Positions 36,601-45,200 of a stretch of 51,546 nt of DNA are shown here, piece by piece. Each line of letters starts with the position of its first letter. Position 1 is the first letter of the stretch. The notes beneath the pieces are model-generated. The model saw nothing but the letters and a program-made list of their open reading frames with translations. It was not told where the DNA came from and made no database searches. The translations under genes and the position numbers were made by a program. This stretch comes from an uncultured Bdellovibrionales bacterium (lineage in GTDB: Bacteria; Patescibacteriota; Minisyncoccia; Moranbacterales; UBA1568). The stretch spans positions 6,096 through 57,641 of the forward strand of contig CAZTYU010000005.1 in NCBI GenBank assembly GCA_964617535.1, read 5' to 3'.

Positions 36601-37363
36601 CTTCAGCCCGATTGATGAGTCGTGGGAGGAATCGCGATGCCTGAGTGCTCGGGTATTCGACTTGGACTGTCAATTGGTAATCCCCCGGGGCAAGGCCAGT
36701 GTAGGTCTGTGGACTCGCACAGGCAGAGAACGGCGCCCCGTTGAGCGAACATGTGACGCTTTGGGCGGTAGAACTGGGGTTACTGACCGCAAAGGTAAAC
36801 GTCGCCGATGTCTCGGTCGTGATCGTCACCGGGGCGGTCTGGAAGGAGACTGACGGTAGCGCGGACGAAGCGACTGAACTCGACGTCGAGGTCATCCCTG
36901 ATTGTGACGTCGTACTGCACTGAAAGCTATCCCATCCCGTCCGGACCAGGGTCGAGTTAAAGATCGAGGTCCCACTCGTATCCCGGATACTGAGGATAAA
37001 GTTTACGATCACCCAGGCTAAAAGGATGATGGCAAAGCCGATGAGGGCGGCCATGATCCCCCCTTTGGCAAAGCGCATCCGTCCCTCATCGCCAGCCGAA
37101 GTAATGTAGACAAAGGCCATGGCGACAATCACCGCGATGGCAATCGCACTCATGATGTTCCGGAGGAAGACGATGATGCTATTGATCCCGACCACCAAAT
37201 GGCAGAGGGTGCACTTCACGGTCTGATCACCCGTCTGATTGGGATCATCGGTCGTGAGGCCGCAGGGAATGATGCCGGCGTGGGCGGGTGTAGGAGCAAA
37301 GGTAAACGCGAACCCGCCCACGAGAACAAAGACCCAGACAAGCACGGCGATTGATCGCTGCAT
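33674..37363 (-). CDS. Secreted/membrane-anchored multidomain protein: T4SS (TrbC/VirB2-like) pilin module, Ig-like, 2x [CBM6-like + Cys-rich + beta-sandwich], PT linker, right-handed parallel beta-helix
   Basis: 1,229 aa. Signal peptide ...APTPAHA. Pilin-like IIPCG..VKCTLCHLVVGINSIIVFLRNI plus two TM helices around SAGDEGRMRFAKGG. CBM6-like GEGYDSMQG..GFLDGGDWLRYDNVNFG..IDVYLDSLGGTKIG..TGDWFVY..NIDWFQF. Linker PTPTPTPTPTPTPTP. PbH1-like repeats NVIIRDSEIGPCGG.. NITVEHNAIDDANHGIRI.. STLYNTIRNI. Confidence 0.85.
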   Translation of the reverse strand: MQRSIAVLVWVFVLVGGFAFTFAPTPAHAGIIPCGLTTDDPNQTGDQTVKCTLCHLVVGINSIIVFLRNIMSAIAIAVIVAMAFVYITSAGDEGRMRFAKGGIMAALIGFAIILLAWVIVNFILSIRDTSGTSIFNSTLVRTGWDSFQCSTTSQSGMTSTSSSVASSALPSVSFQTAPVTITTETSATFTFAVSNPSSTAQSVTCSLNGAPFSACASPQTYTGLAPGDYQLTVQVEYPSTQASRFLPRLINRAEAQTTTKKKVTSVYKWKVVDTSTTRDAYATIQGEGYDSMQGAEKIDVSVGFLDGGDWLRYDNVNFGTGGAKGMKFRVAVPADYAGQNIDVYLDSLGGTKIGSLTVANTGDWFVYTEQSINLSQTVTGLHTVVLAMQGGSGIANIDWFQFVSAAPTAPAPVNGVCGVSNGGTFPVAPSTNLCTQGTASSVATGTDGYTWTCAGLSGGTTASCSAGKSVVTPAPTTTRVNAATPYTYNASAGETISITLNWDRVAMADNLLQFMHFDNGTTIVSVDDHGVNSATWSGSASDVRNVTVPADLPSGTYDIRVGLSGGNPWTDQALQMGTGVTNPSGSNRYKVGTLTVTGGGLVGRSAFSSVQAESADGMQGATVSADHVGFLDGGDWLRYDNVNFGTGGAKGMKFRVAVPADYAGQNIDVYLDSLGGTKIGSLTVANTGDWFVYTEQSINLSQTVTGLHTVVLAMQGGSGIANIDWFQFVSAAPTAPAPVNGVCGVSNGGTFPVAPSTNLCTQGTASSVATGTDGYTWTCAGLSGGTTASCSAGKSVVTPAPTTTRVNAATPYTYNASAGETISITLNWDRVAMADNLLQFMHFDNGTTIVSVDDHGVNSATWSGSASDVRNVTVPADLPSGTYDIRVGLSGGNPWTDQALQMGTGVTNPSGSNRYKVGTLTVTGGGSPAPTPTPTPTPTPTPTPTPAPTGGSAGPRVSSFTNSGPINASSGQVIAGMRISNPGGACITVSGVSNVIIRDSEIGPCGGEAVNVTSGANNITVEHNAIDDANHGIRIRYSTNVSTLYNTIRNIRPTDKYNHAIEYSWVNGGVSQGNDIRGTMPSDVLSGFESSNMQFLDNYFDVNIIEPTGAAFTIGDAADTPQDGNPRDPGSNNYIARNTVRQTNGVPAGVFGSFGNVIIEKNCFTAGIQAYNYVGNPEDNGSDPGNYYFRDITIRNNVIGPGSYVRNNGAGINGWSTNINSQDCSLVPK
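34586..35482 (-). repeat. Tandem tract copy A (897 nt), identical to 35564..36460
   Basis: Direct comparison of the two stretches shows identity from TCCCCCTCCCGTTACC... to ...GAGGAAGCCGAC, with a period of 978 nt. The antisense track ORFs 34818..35042 / 35796..36020 and 35073..35357 / 36051..36335 are identical pairs. Confidence 0.95.
35564..36460 (-). repeat. Tandem tract copy B (897 nt), identical to 34586..35482
   Basis: As for copy A. The two copies are separated by a non-repeated 81-nt segment (35483..35563). Confidence 0.95.
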
Positions 37364-37603
37364 ACAATAGTAGTGTTTTTTTCAGTATAACAGTACTTTT
37401 GGTATGAATTTGAAAACGCGTCAACCCATCAACAAGTAGCATACTCCTACAGCACCAGATTCGCATCAGAGATACAGAGAATGGAAACTGGAAAAATCAA
37501 ACATCAAAATCATTCTTCGCTTTCATTTTTGAATTTTACCCTGTCACTTTCCATTTTGATATTTACATTTTGATACCGAGCCGTATCAAAGGCACGGCGT
37601 TCT

Positions 37604-40600
37604 CTAACGGCCCGAGTTGTACAGCGCTTGCACCTCAGCTGCCGAAAGCGCCCGATTATAGACACGCACTTCGTCGATGAGTCCGTTGAAGTTATTGCTC
37701 GTATTGCCCTGGCCCTCCATCCCGATGCGCGTGCCGGCACCGCCGGTATACGATATCGAGTTGGTATAGCTCGTCGTCTTCACGGCCGTGCCATCGACAT
37801 ACAGCACCTGAGTATTGGCCGTATCGTCAAAGGTATAGGCGTAGTGGTGCCAGCCCGTACCGGCATAATAGGTCAGATTCGAAGTCTGATTCCAAGTCGT
37901 CCCGTCATAGTAGAACCCGGTCAGCCCGCCCGGCGAGGTAGAGTCGAGGTCGATCGCCACTTTATCCCCGAGGCTGATGAGCGTCGCGCCGCTCGTATCG
38001 GCCGAATTCAGCTTGGCCCAGCCGGCGACGGTGATATTGGCCGGACTGCTGAAGAGTCCCGAGACCGCCACATAGTCGTCCGTTCCGTCGAGACTCACTC
38101 CCTGCCCGAGCTTACCGATCACCTTTGTCGGGCTGTTGGTCAACGTACCCGTATTCCCCGCTCCGCTCCGGTCATAGGCGGTCGTCGCGGCCATGTCTTG
38201 ACCATTGAACGACCAGTAACCGACGAGTCCCGTATCCGTCCCGGTCGGTGCAGAGAGACGATAGAGCTGTGCAACTTCGTCAGCCGAGAGGACACGACTA
38301 TAGATTCTTACCTCGTCAAGCTGACCGCTATAATAATCCGACGCGTCAGGGTAGCGACCAACCGAAAGTTGGTTACCCGCATCGCTCTGTCTACCAGTTG
38401 CGTTTCCGCTACTATCTGCACTCGTAGGAGATCCGTTCACGTAAAGCCGCATGTTTGTTGTGCTATCCCCGTCTTGCGAAGCACACACATGTGTCCACTG
38501 ACTGAAAGGGACGACAGCTCTATTGGCCTCAATATACCCCGATGAACTCGTTCCCTTAAAGCTCGTTCCGATCCCGTGACCACCTGTATAGCCGTTTATG
38601 AGGTACAAGTCCCAGCCAGAAGTTAATCCTACATTAAACGTATTCACAACCCCCGGAAACGAGGATCCATTATCTATGGGATTCACCCAGGTACAAGCGG
38701 TGAATCGAGAAAGGTCAGTAAAGGCCGATGAGCTAGACGCACCGATATAATCATTCGTTCCATCGAAACTGACTGCACTCCCGATCTGTCCGGTCGTCCA
38801 GGTCGGACCATTGGTCAGTGTCCCCGCATTTCCATTTACGCTCGCATCGCTCGCACTCGTCCCCGAACCATCGTCGAGCTTCCAGTATCCGACGAGACCA
38901 CTGTCGGCGCGGCCTGTCCCCTGTGGGGTCGAGACGCTGGTATTTGTTTTGTCCGGTGTGCCGATGTCATAGAGAGCTTTCACCTCCGCTGTCGAGAGCG
39001 CCCGGCTATAGAGCCGCGTCTCATCAATCCGCCCGTCAAAATAATTCAATCCGAGCCCCCCGCTCCCGCCGCCGCCGGTGTAACTGTTCAGGTTGGTACC
39101 GGAGTATGCAAGTGTTGAGGCATTTGCAGAGTTCTCGAGAACCCCGTCAACATAGAGACTCATCGTCGTACCGTCGAAAGTAACTACCGCATGGTGCCAG
39201 CCGCCGACGATATTCGTCGAACCAGTGATCGTCCCAGCCGATGGATTTGTACCATCCCCCCAGCGCACGACGTACGGACCGCTCGTCGCCGTGTCGTCCG
39301 CCTGAGAAAGTGACCAGCCATTGTCCCAGCCTGAGTCGGAATAAGAGGGGTTAAAGATAAGCCGGTACGTAGTCGCATCGCCCGTATCCGCATACGTCCA
39401 AGTCGAAAGCGTGAAATTGGTCGGCTTCAGCACTGCGCTGTTCGAGTTGTCGACATAGTCGTTCGTCCCATCAAAATTGAGTGCCTGCCCGACCCGGCCG
39501 ATACCCCGCACAGCACCGGAAAGCGTCCCTGTGTTGCGGCTGCCGCTTCGATCAAAGGCCAGTGTACTGGTCATGTCCTGCGCGTTCATCGACCAGTAGC
39601 CACGGAGACCTGTATCAACGCCCGTTGCTGCCGTCTGGTTATAGAGCATGATCACGTCCTCAGCCGAGTACGCCCGGTCATAGATACGGATCTCGTCGAG
39701 ACTCCCAGCAAACTGCAGTCCTGCCCCGGGCGTATCGCCGATCGAGAGCGCTATCGTATTGGCAAGCGTCCCGATATTGCCTATCGTGCCACTATCGGTC
39801 GCGGCCAAAGGTAGACCATCGACATAAATTTCACTGTTGGCCGGGCTGTCCTGGTCCCAGACTGCGACAAAGTGGTGCCACCCGGCGCTGGTAATTGCAT
39901 AGCCGTTCGCAGCAACGGAATAGGTGTCCGTACCATCGAAAACCTCGAGGTTGAGCGCATCAGCCGAGTCGTCAATGTAGACCCGATATCCAGGGTTCGT
40001 GCCATCCCATTTACTCACGATTGCATCGACGGTCGTATAGGTCGATCGATTGAACCAGCCAGCTATCGTCATATCGTCCGTATCGCCGAAATCGAGCACG
40101 CCGTTTGCCGGGTCCGAGAGCGCGATATAGTCATTGGTCCCATCGAACGTAACAGCCGATCCGATTCGGCCCGTTCCCCAGGTCGGCCCGTTCGTCAGCG
40201 TCCCGGCGGCGGTCGCATTCACGCTTGCGTCGGCAGCACTCGTCCCTGTCCCTTCATCTAGCGGCCAGTAGCCGACAAGGCTGGATTCAGGATTCCCTGA
40301 GCCGGCCGGTTGGGCAGCACTGGTGTTTGCTTTGTTCGCACTCCCAGCATCATAGAGTGACTTTACTTCGCTCGCGGTGATGATGCGGTTATACACCCGC
40401 GCCTCATCGATCACGCCGTCAAAGAGCTCGCCCGGCGTCCCAGTATTGTTGTATGCGCCGATATACATATCCCCCGTTGCTTCGCTAGAGGCAGTACCAA
40501 CGGGCGCCTGATTTTCATACGTTGTGGTCAGCGCACCATTCACATAAAATACCGGATCGTTTGCGACCGACGAATTGTTATATGTGACACAAACATGCGA

Positions 40601-41836
40601 CCACTGATTATAGGGTATCGTTGTCGTACCAAACCACCACCCCGCTGTCGTACTGAATGTTCGATAGAACGAGATTCCAAGGTTTGAAAAAGTAGAGTAG
40701 TCCAAAAGCATTTGCCAACCAAGTCCGGAGTTATTGTATTTGGTCGTAATATCGCCGTAAGTGGTGAGCGAACTATTCGGCTTCACCCAGGCGCAGGTCG
40801 AGAGGTTCACGATATCGTCGACGATCGCACCCGACCCGGCATTCACATACTGCGTACTGGCTGAGGCAAAGTTCAGCGCCTGGCCGATTTTCCCTACCGT
40901 CTTTGTTGGCGTGTTCACAAGCGTGCCGGTGTTGCGCCCACCCGATCGGTCGCTGACGAGCGTACTGCGGAAATCATCTGCCCCGAACGCCCAGTACCCG
41001 ACGAGTCCCGTGTCTACCCCGGTCGGAGCCGTCAGTTTATAGAGGTCATTGATCTCGGCCGGTGACAATGCGCGGTCGTAGACGCGTGCCTCGTCGATGA
41101 GGCCATCAAAGGGGTTGCCGTTATCGCTCTCGGCACCGAGCCGGAATGCGACCGCGTTGGACAGATCACCGATGTTCCCGATCGTGCCGCTTTTCGTCCC
41201 ATTGTCATCGCGTCCATCGATATAGACTTCGACATTGGTCGCGCTGTCCTGGTCCCAGACGAAAGCGAAATGATGCCAGCCAGCCGAAGTGAACGAGGTC
41301 GCCGAGGTGATAGAATACTCATCCGTCCCATCGGACACTTCGAGCGCGATGAGGTCAGTCGTGTTGTCGATATTCACGATATAACCGATATCAGCCGCCG
41401 TATTGCTGTTGCGTTTGGCCACGACTGTATCAATAGTATTGAACGATGTCGTGCGGTTGAACCAGCCCGTGATCGTGATATCGTCCGTATCCCCGAAATC
41501 GAGCGTCGCCGTATCCGCCGTCGTCGCATAGTCATCCGTCCCGTCAAAATCGATAGCCGAACCGATTTGTCCCGTCGTCCAGGTCGGACCATTGGTGAGC
41601 GTCAGCGCGGTGATAGTATTAACGCTCGCATTAGCAGCGCTCGTCCCCGTCCCCTCGTCGAGTTTCCAGTATCCGACCAGCCCCGCCCCGAGCCCACCAT
41701 CACCGACCTCGGGGCCCGCATTCGTATTCACCTTCACCCCGGCACGCACGGCGAAATACCAGTAGCCCCCCGCTAATAATGAAAGGGCGACAATAATTCC
41801 CAGCCACTGCCATGTGCGACTACTGGTGTGTGTCAT
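37604..41836 (-). CDS. Giant membrane-anchored surface protein with six LamG/concanavalin-A-like (Laminin_G_3-type) domains, paralogue 1
   Basis: Six units each run from ..GL(V/R)GYW.(L/F)(D/N).. through TLTNGPTW..GQIGSA..FDGT(N/D)DY ... WHH ... (Y/F)(V/I)(D/N)G ... to (I/L)DE(V/A)R(V/I)Y.RALS..E(V/I)..LY. The signal anchor is MTHTSSRTWQWLGIIVALSLLAGGYWYF. I prefer the ATG at 41836; the track start at 41866 translates a conserved repeat element. Confidence 0.88.
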   Translation of the reverse strand: MTHTSSRTWQWLGIIVALSLLAGGYWYFAVRAGVKVNTNAGPEVGDGGLGAGLVGYWKLDEGTGTSAANASVNTITALTLTNGPTWTTGQIGSAIDFDGTDDYATTADTATLDFGDTDDITITGWFNRTTSFNTIDTVVAKRNSNTAADIGYIVNIDNTTDLIALEVSDGTDEYSITSATSFTSAGWHHFAFVWDQDSATNVEVYIDGRDDNGTKSGTIGNIGDLSNAVAFRLGAESDNGNPFDGLIDEARVYDRALSPAEINDLYKLTAPTGVDTGLVGYWAFGADDFRSTLVSDRSGGRNTGTLVNTPTKTVGKIGQALNFASASTQYVNAGSGAIVDDIVNLSTCAWVKPNSSLTTYGDITTKYNNSGLGWQMLLDYSTFSNLGISFYRTFSTTAGWWFGTTTIPYNQWSHVCVTYNNSSVANDPVFYVNGALTTTYENQAPVGTASSEATGDMYIGAYNNTGTPGELFDGVIDEARVYNRIITASEVKSLYDAGSANKANTSAAQPAGSGNPESSLVGYWPLDEGTGTSAADASVNATAAGTLTNGPTWGTGRIGSAVTFDGTNDYIALSDPANGVLDFGDTDDMTIAGWFNRSTYTTVDAIVSKWDGTNPGYRVYIDDSADALNLEVFDGTDTYSVAANGYAITSAGWHHFVAVWDQDSPANSEIYVDGLPLAATDSGTIGNIGTLANTIALSIGDTPGAGLQFAGSLDEIRIYDRAYSAEDVIMLYNQTAATGVDTGLRGYWSMNAQDMTSTLAFDRSGSRNTGTLSGAVRGIGRVGQALNFDGTNDYVDNSNSAVLKPTNFTLSTWTYADTGDATTYRLIFNPSYSDSGWDNGWSLSQADDTATSGPYVVRWGDGTNPSAGTITGSTNIVGGWHHAVVTFDGTTMSLYVDGVLENSANASTLAYSGTNLNSYTGGGGSGGLGLNYFDGRIDETRLYSRALSTAEVKALYDIGTPDKTNTSVSTPQGTGRADSGLVGYWKLDDGSGTSASDASVNGNAGTLTNGPTWTTGQIGSAVSFDGTNDYIGASSSSAFTDLSRFTACTWVNPIDNGSSFPGVVNTFNVGLTSGWDLYLINGYTGGHGIGTSFKGTSSSGYIEANRAVVPFSQWTHVCASQDGDSTTNMRLYVNGSPTSADSSGNATGRQSDAGNQLSVGRYPDASDYYSGQLDEVRIYSRVLSADEVAQLYRLSAPTGTDTGLVGYWSFNGQDMAATTAYDRSGAGNTGTLTNSPTKVIGKLGQGVSLDGTDDYVAVSGLFSSPANITVAGWAKLNSADTSGATLISLGDKVAIDLDSTSPGGLTGFYYDGTTWNQTSNLTYYAGTGWHHYAYTFDDTANTQVLYVDGTAVKTTSYTNSISYTGGAGTRIGMEGQGNTSNNFNGLIDEVRVYNRALSAAEVQALYNSGR

Positions 41837-41860
41837 ACAGTTCGACCCGTTAGAGACAGG

Positions 41861-41963
41861 TCCCACTTAGAATCCATCCAATTCATTCGATGGTTGTGCT
41901 GGTCCACTATTCGTTTTTCTGATACGTATTGAATCATCGTCAGTATATTTTGGATTCTAACGG
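41861..41963. mobile_element. 103-nt AT-rich MITE-like insert with 10-bp terminal inverted repeats, flanked by direct GACAGG
   Basis: TTAGAATCCA (41867..41876) pairs with TGGATTCTAA (41951..41960). GACAGG occurs at 41855..41860 and again at 41964..41969. The equivalent junction upstream of LamG-2 (46483..46500) lacks the insert. Confidence 0.3.
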
Positions 41964-42118
41964 GACAGGAAGCGTTTCAATCGATTCTTGAGATAGCGTT
42001 TGCCCATACCCGTCTTCAGATACTTTTCCCGATTGAAAGCGTCATGCGCATCGATACAGACTTCATAGTAGATAATATCGAATGGTCCTCGACCCTTGGT
42101 GGATACTACCTTTCCATA
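41957..42118 (-). pseudogene. 5'-truncated GIY-YIG nuclease gene remnant (C-terminal 53 codons)
   Basis: My translation is YGKVVSTKGRGPFDIIYYEVCIDAHDAFNREKYLKTGMGKRYLKNRLKRFLSR*. It aligns with residues ~32-84 of the intact ORF 46470..46739. The GIY and YIG motif region and the start codon are missing. Confidence 0.75.
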
Positions 42119-42124
42119 TCTTTC

Positions 42125-42133
42125 ATTATAGCA
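42125..42133 (-). promoter_or_regulatory. Extended -10 promoter element TGCTATAAT (minus strand) downstream of the LamG-2 stop
   Basis: Part of a 16-nt block CTTGCTATAATGAAAG (reverse complement of 42120..42135) that is repeated identically at 46845..46860. Confidence 0.45.
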
Positions 42134-42210
42134 AGAACCGCCTGTCTTCCTTTAGGCCGTTAGCGGAAGGTACCGCGGACGACTGAAATCGTGCTAGGGA
42201 CTCGGCGTTC

Positions 42211-45200
42211 TTAACGGCCTGAATTATACAATGCCCCGATCTCGCTCGCCGAGAGAATGCGACTATACGCCCGCACTTCATCGATCGCGCCGGTAAAGGC
42301 GTCCGGTCCGTCCGGCACCGATCCGATGCGGGTTTCGGCAGTAGCATCGGTCCCATAGGTCGTACAGCCCGCTAGTGACTCCGAGAAACTCCCATTGGCA
42401 TACAGATCTGTCGAAGTCGTTGTGACAACCAAGGCGAGGTGTGTCCACTCATTCGTCGGCGGCGAATAGTCAAAGGTGAGAGTAGTCCCCGAACCACAAT
42501 TGAGGGTTACTTCGCCTGTCCCTGAATACAAGAGAAAACCGAAACGCATATCATTACTCGCAAAGGTATCGCGCTTCGCGATGATGGTGCCGAAATCAGA
42601 AAAGTTCGTCGGCTTCACCCAGCTCGTGAGTGTGAAGGAAGCCGTAGAAAAATCAAAAGCGGTGCCAACACTGATGTAATCATTCGTCCCGTCAAAGGTC
42701 ACTCCTTGGCCCAGCTTGCCGCGCGCAACAGTCGGTCCATTCGTCAGTGTGCCATCGTTTCCCGCTCCGCTCCGGTCATAGGCCGTCGTACCAACGGTAT
42801 CCTGCCCATTGAACGACCAGTAGCCTTTCAGACTCGTATCGGTCCCCGTCGGCACGCCGAGGCTGTAGACCTGGCGGATCTCATCGTCCGAGAGCACGCG
42901 GCGATATACCCGGACCTCGTCAATCAATCCGGAAAAGGCTACTGTCGAGCCTGGTTCATCCCCGATAGCCAGATCCATCCCAGCGGTACTGCTCCGGGCG
43001 GCGCTTCCTGCACTATCAGTCGCCGCCACCAAGGAGCCGTTCTGATAGAGCCGGAAACCCGAGCCCGATGTGCCCACCTGGACACCGCAGATATGGGTCC
43101 ATGAGCCCGTCGGCAGTCCACTTGTTCTTTCCGCGTAGACATTTCCGTTGTACGATGTCCCGAAACCGAGATTGCTATCGACCTGATCGATATAGAGGTC
43201 CCAATAGGCCGCTCCGCCGCTGTACCGGCTGACGATGTTGCCATAGTTGTGGGTATCATTGCCATCCGGATTGACCCAGGCGCAGAGCGTAACATCGATG
43301 ATGTCATCCAATGACGCTGGATTGGAGACAAGGACATGGTCGTCCACACCATCGAAATCCACCGCGCTGCCGATCCGGCCCGTCCCCCATGTCGGACCGC
43401 TCGTGAGCGTCCCGGCAGAAAAAGCGTTCGCACCGGAATCCGCCGCGCTCGTCCCGGTTCCCTCGTCGAGCTTCCAATAGGCGGCCAGATCCGAATCAAG
43501 CCGGCCGGTCCCCTGCGGCGTCGAGACGCTCGAGTTCACCTTGTCCGGTGTGCCTCGGTCGTAAAGCGCCTTGATCTCAGCAGCTGACAGGACGCGGCTA
43601 TAGGCACGGGCTTCGTCGATCTGGCCAGACCAAAAAAGCCCGCCGTGACCGTTGCAGTTCCCACCGATTTCCACAGCATTGGATGTCGAGGTAAGCGCCC
43701 CGCCCGCCCATGCGGTCGTAGTATCTAGCCTGCCATCGACATAGATGAGGATCGTCGACCCGTCATAGGTGAACGTCGCCATGTGCCACTCGCCATCATT
43801 TACATCAATCGCTCCCTCTACGACTCCGCTGACCGTCGAGCCGTTCGCGAGATAGACCGCTACTTTTCCGACCGTAGAAAAATTCACTCCGAAGTCCACG
43901 GGCCCATCCCCGGATGTCCCCCCACAAAAAGATTTGTCGATGAAGTGCTTCTCGGTCGTCGCCGTCGTCTTGATCCAAGCAGACCAGCTCGTCGTCGTGA
44001 GTCCGTCGAGCGCATCAACATCGCCCATCGTGATATAGTCATTCGCTCCGTCGAACTGGATCGCTTGGCCGACGCGCCCGCGTACTGCTACCGGACTACT
44101 GGTGACCGCACCCCAGTTACCCAAACCACTCCGATCGTATACACCCCATGAAGTCAGTGAGGCTGAAGTATCCGATCCATCAAGTGACCAGTAGCCGCGG
44201 AGACCGGTATCGATGCCACTTGTCTGAACTGTCGCGCGGTAGAGCAAATTAACGTCAGCATTCGTTAGCGGTCGAGTATAGACCCGTACATCGTCGAGCT
44301 TGCCATCAAACGGATTGCCACCATCACTCTCGGCACCGACCGTAAAAGCCAGCGTGTTCGCGATATTGTCCACGTAGTGCAGATAGGAGGCGCAACTTCC
44401 GGTATCGGTGACATCTACACCATCGACAAATATCCTCGGGCACTGGAAGAATCCGCTCGGATTGAGGTATTCATCAAACATCACAACGAGATGATGCCAG
44501 CCCGTCGTCGTATAGGTAGTCGTCGAAGTGGACTGCGATATGTCAGGCGTATTGGTCGTCGATTGCACCTTGGCATAGATTTTGTCGTCCACGTCGTCGA
44601 TGTAGACGACATAGCCGTCACCCGTCGCCGGGTCATCTTTCTTTGCGACGAGAGTGTCATCGGTCGTCGCGGTATCGCGATTGAACCAGAGCGAGACACT
44701 AAAGATGTCACCATTCCCGTTGTCGCTCGGCAGGGCGAAATCGAGTATCCCGCTCGCCGGGTCGGCGACCGCTACATAATCATTTGTCCCGTCGAAATCG
44801 ACCGCACTCCCGATCTGCCCGGTGGTCCAGGTCGGTCCGTTTGTGAGCGTTCCATCGTTTTGACCGACGCCCTTGTCGTCCGCGTTCGTCCCGGTCCCTT
44901 CGTCGAGCGGCCAGTAGAGAGCGAGGCCAGCTGCGAGGTCGCTGCCGCCCTGCGGCTGCGTCCCGCCGGTATTCGCGAGATTCGGTGTACCGCGATCATA
45001 CAGCGCCTTGATTTCCGCGGCGGTAAAGAGGCGATTATAGATCCGCACCTCATCGATATTTCCGTCGAAGAAATTCGACACCCCGTTATCATAGCTCCCG
45101 ATATTGACATCCATCGGCGCATCGCTCTCCATCGTTCCCGATGGAGACTGTGTCTCGGTCACTGCAACCGACACGGCATTGATATAGACAGTCGGATCAT

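Noticed and set aside
41837-41866. N-terminal extension MGPVSNGSNC of the LamG-1 track ORF
   Set aside because: It starts at a GTG and merely translates the conserved leader/IR element (CCTGTCTCTAACGGGTCGAACT). LamG-2 starts at the homologous ATG (MTHTSSRTWQW), so 41836 is the likelier start.
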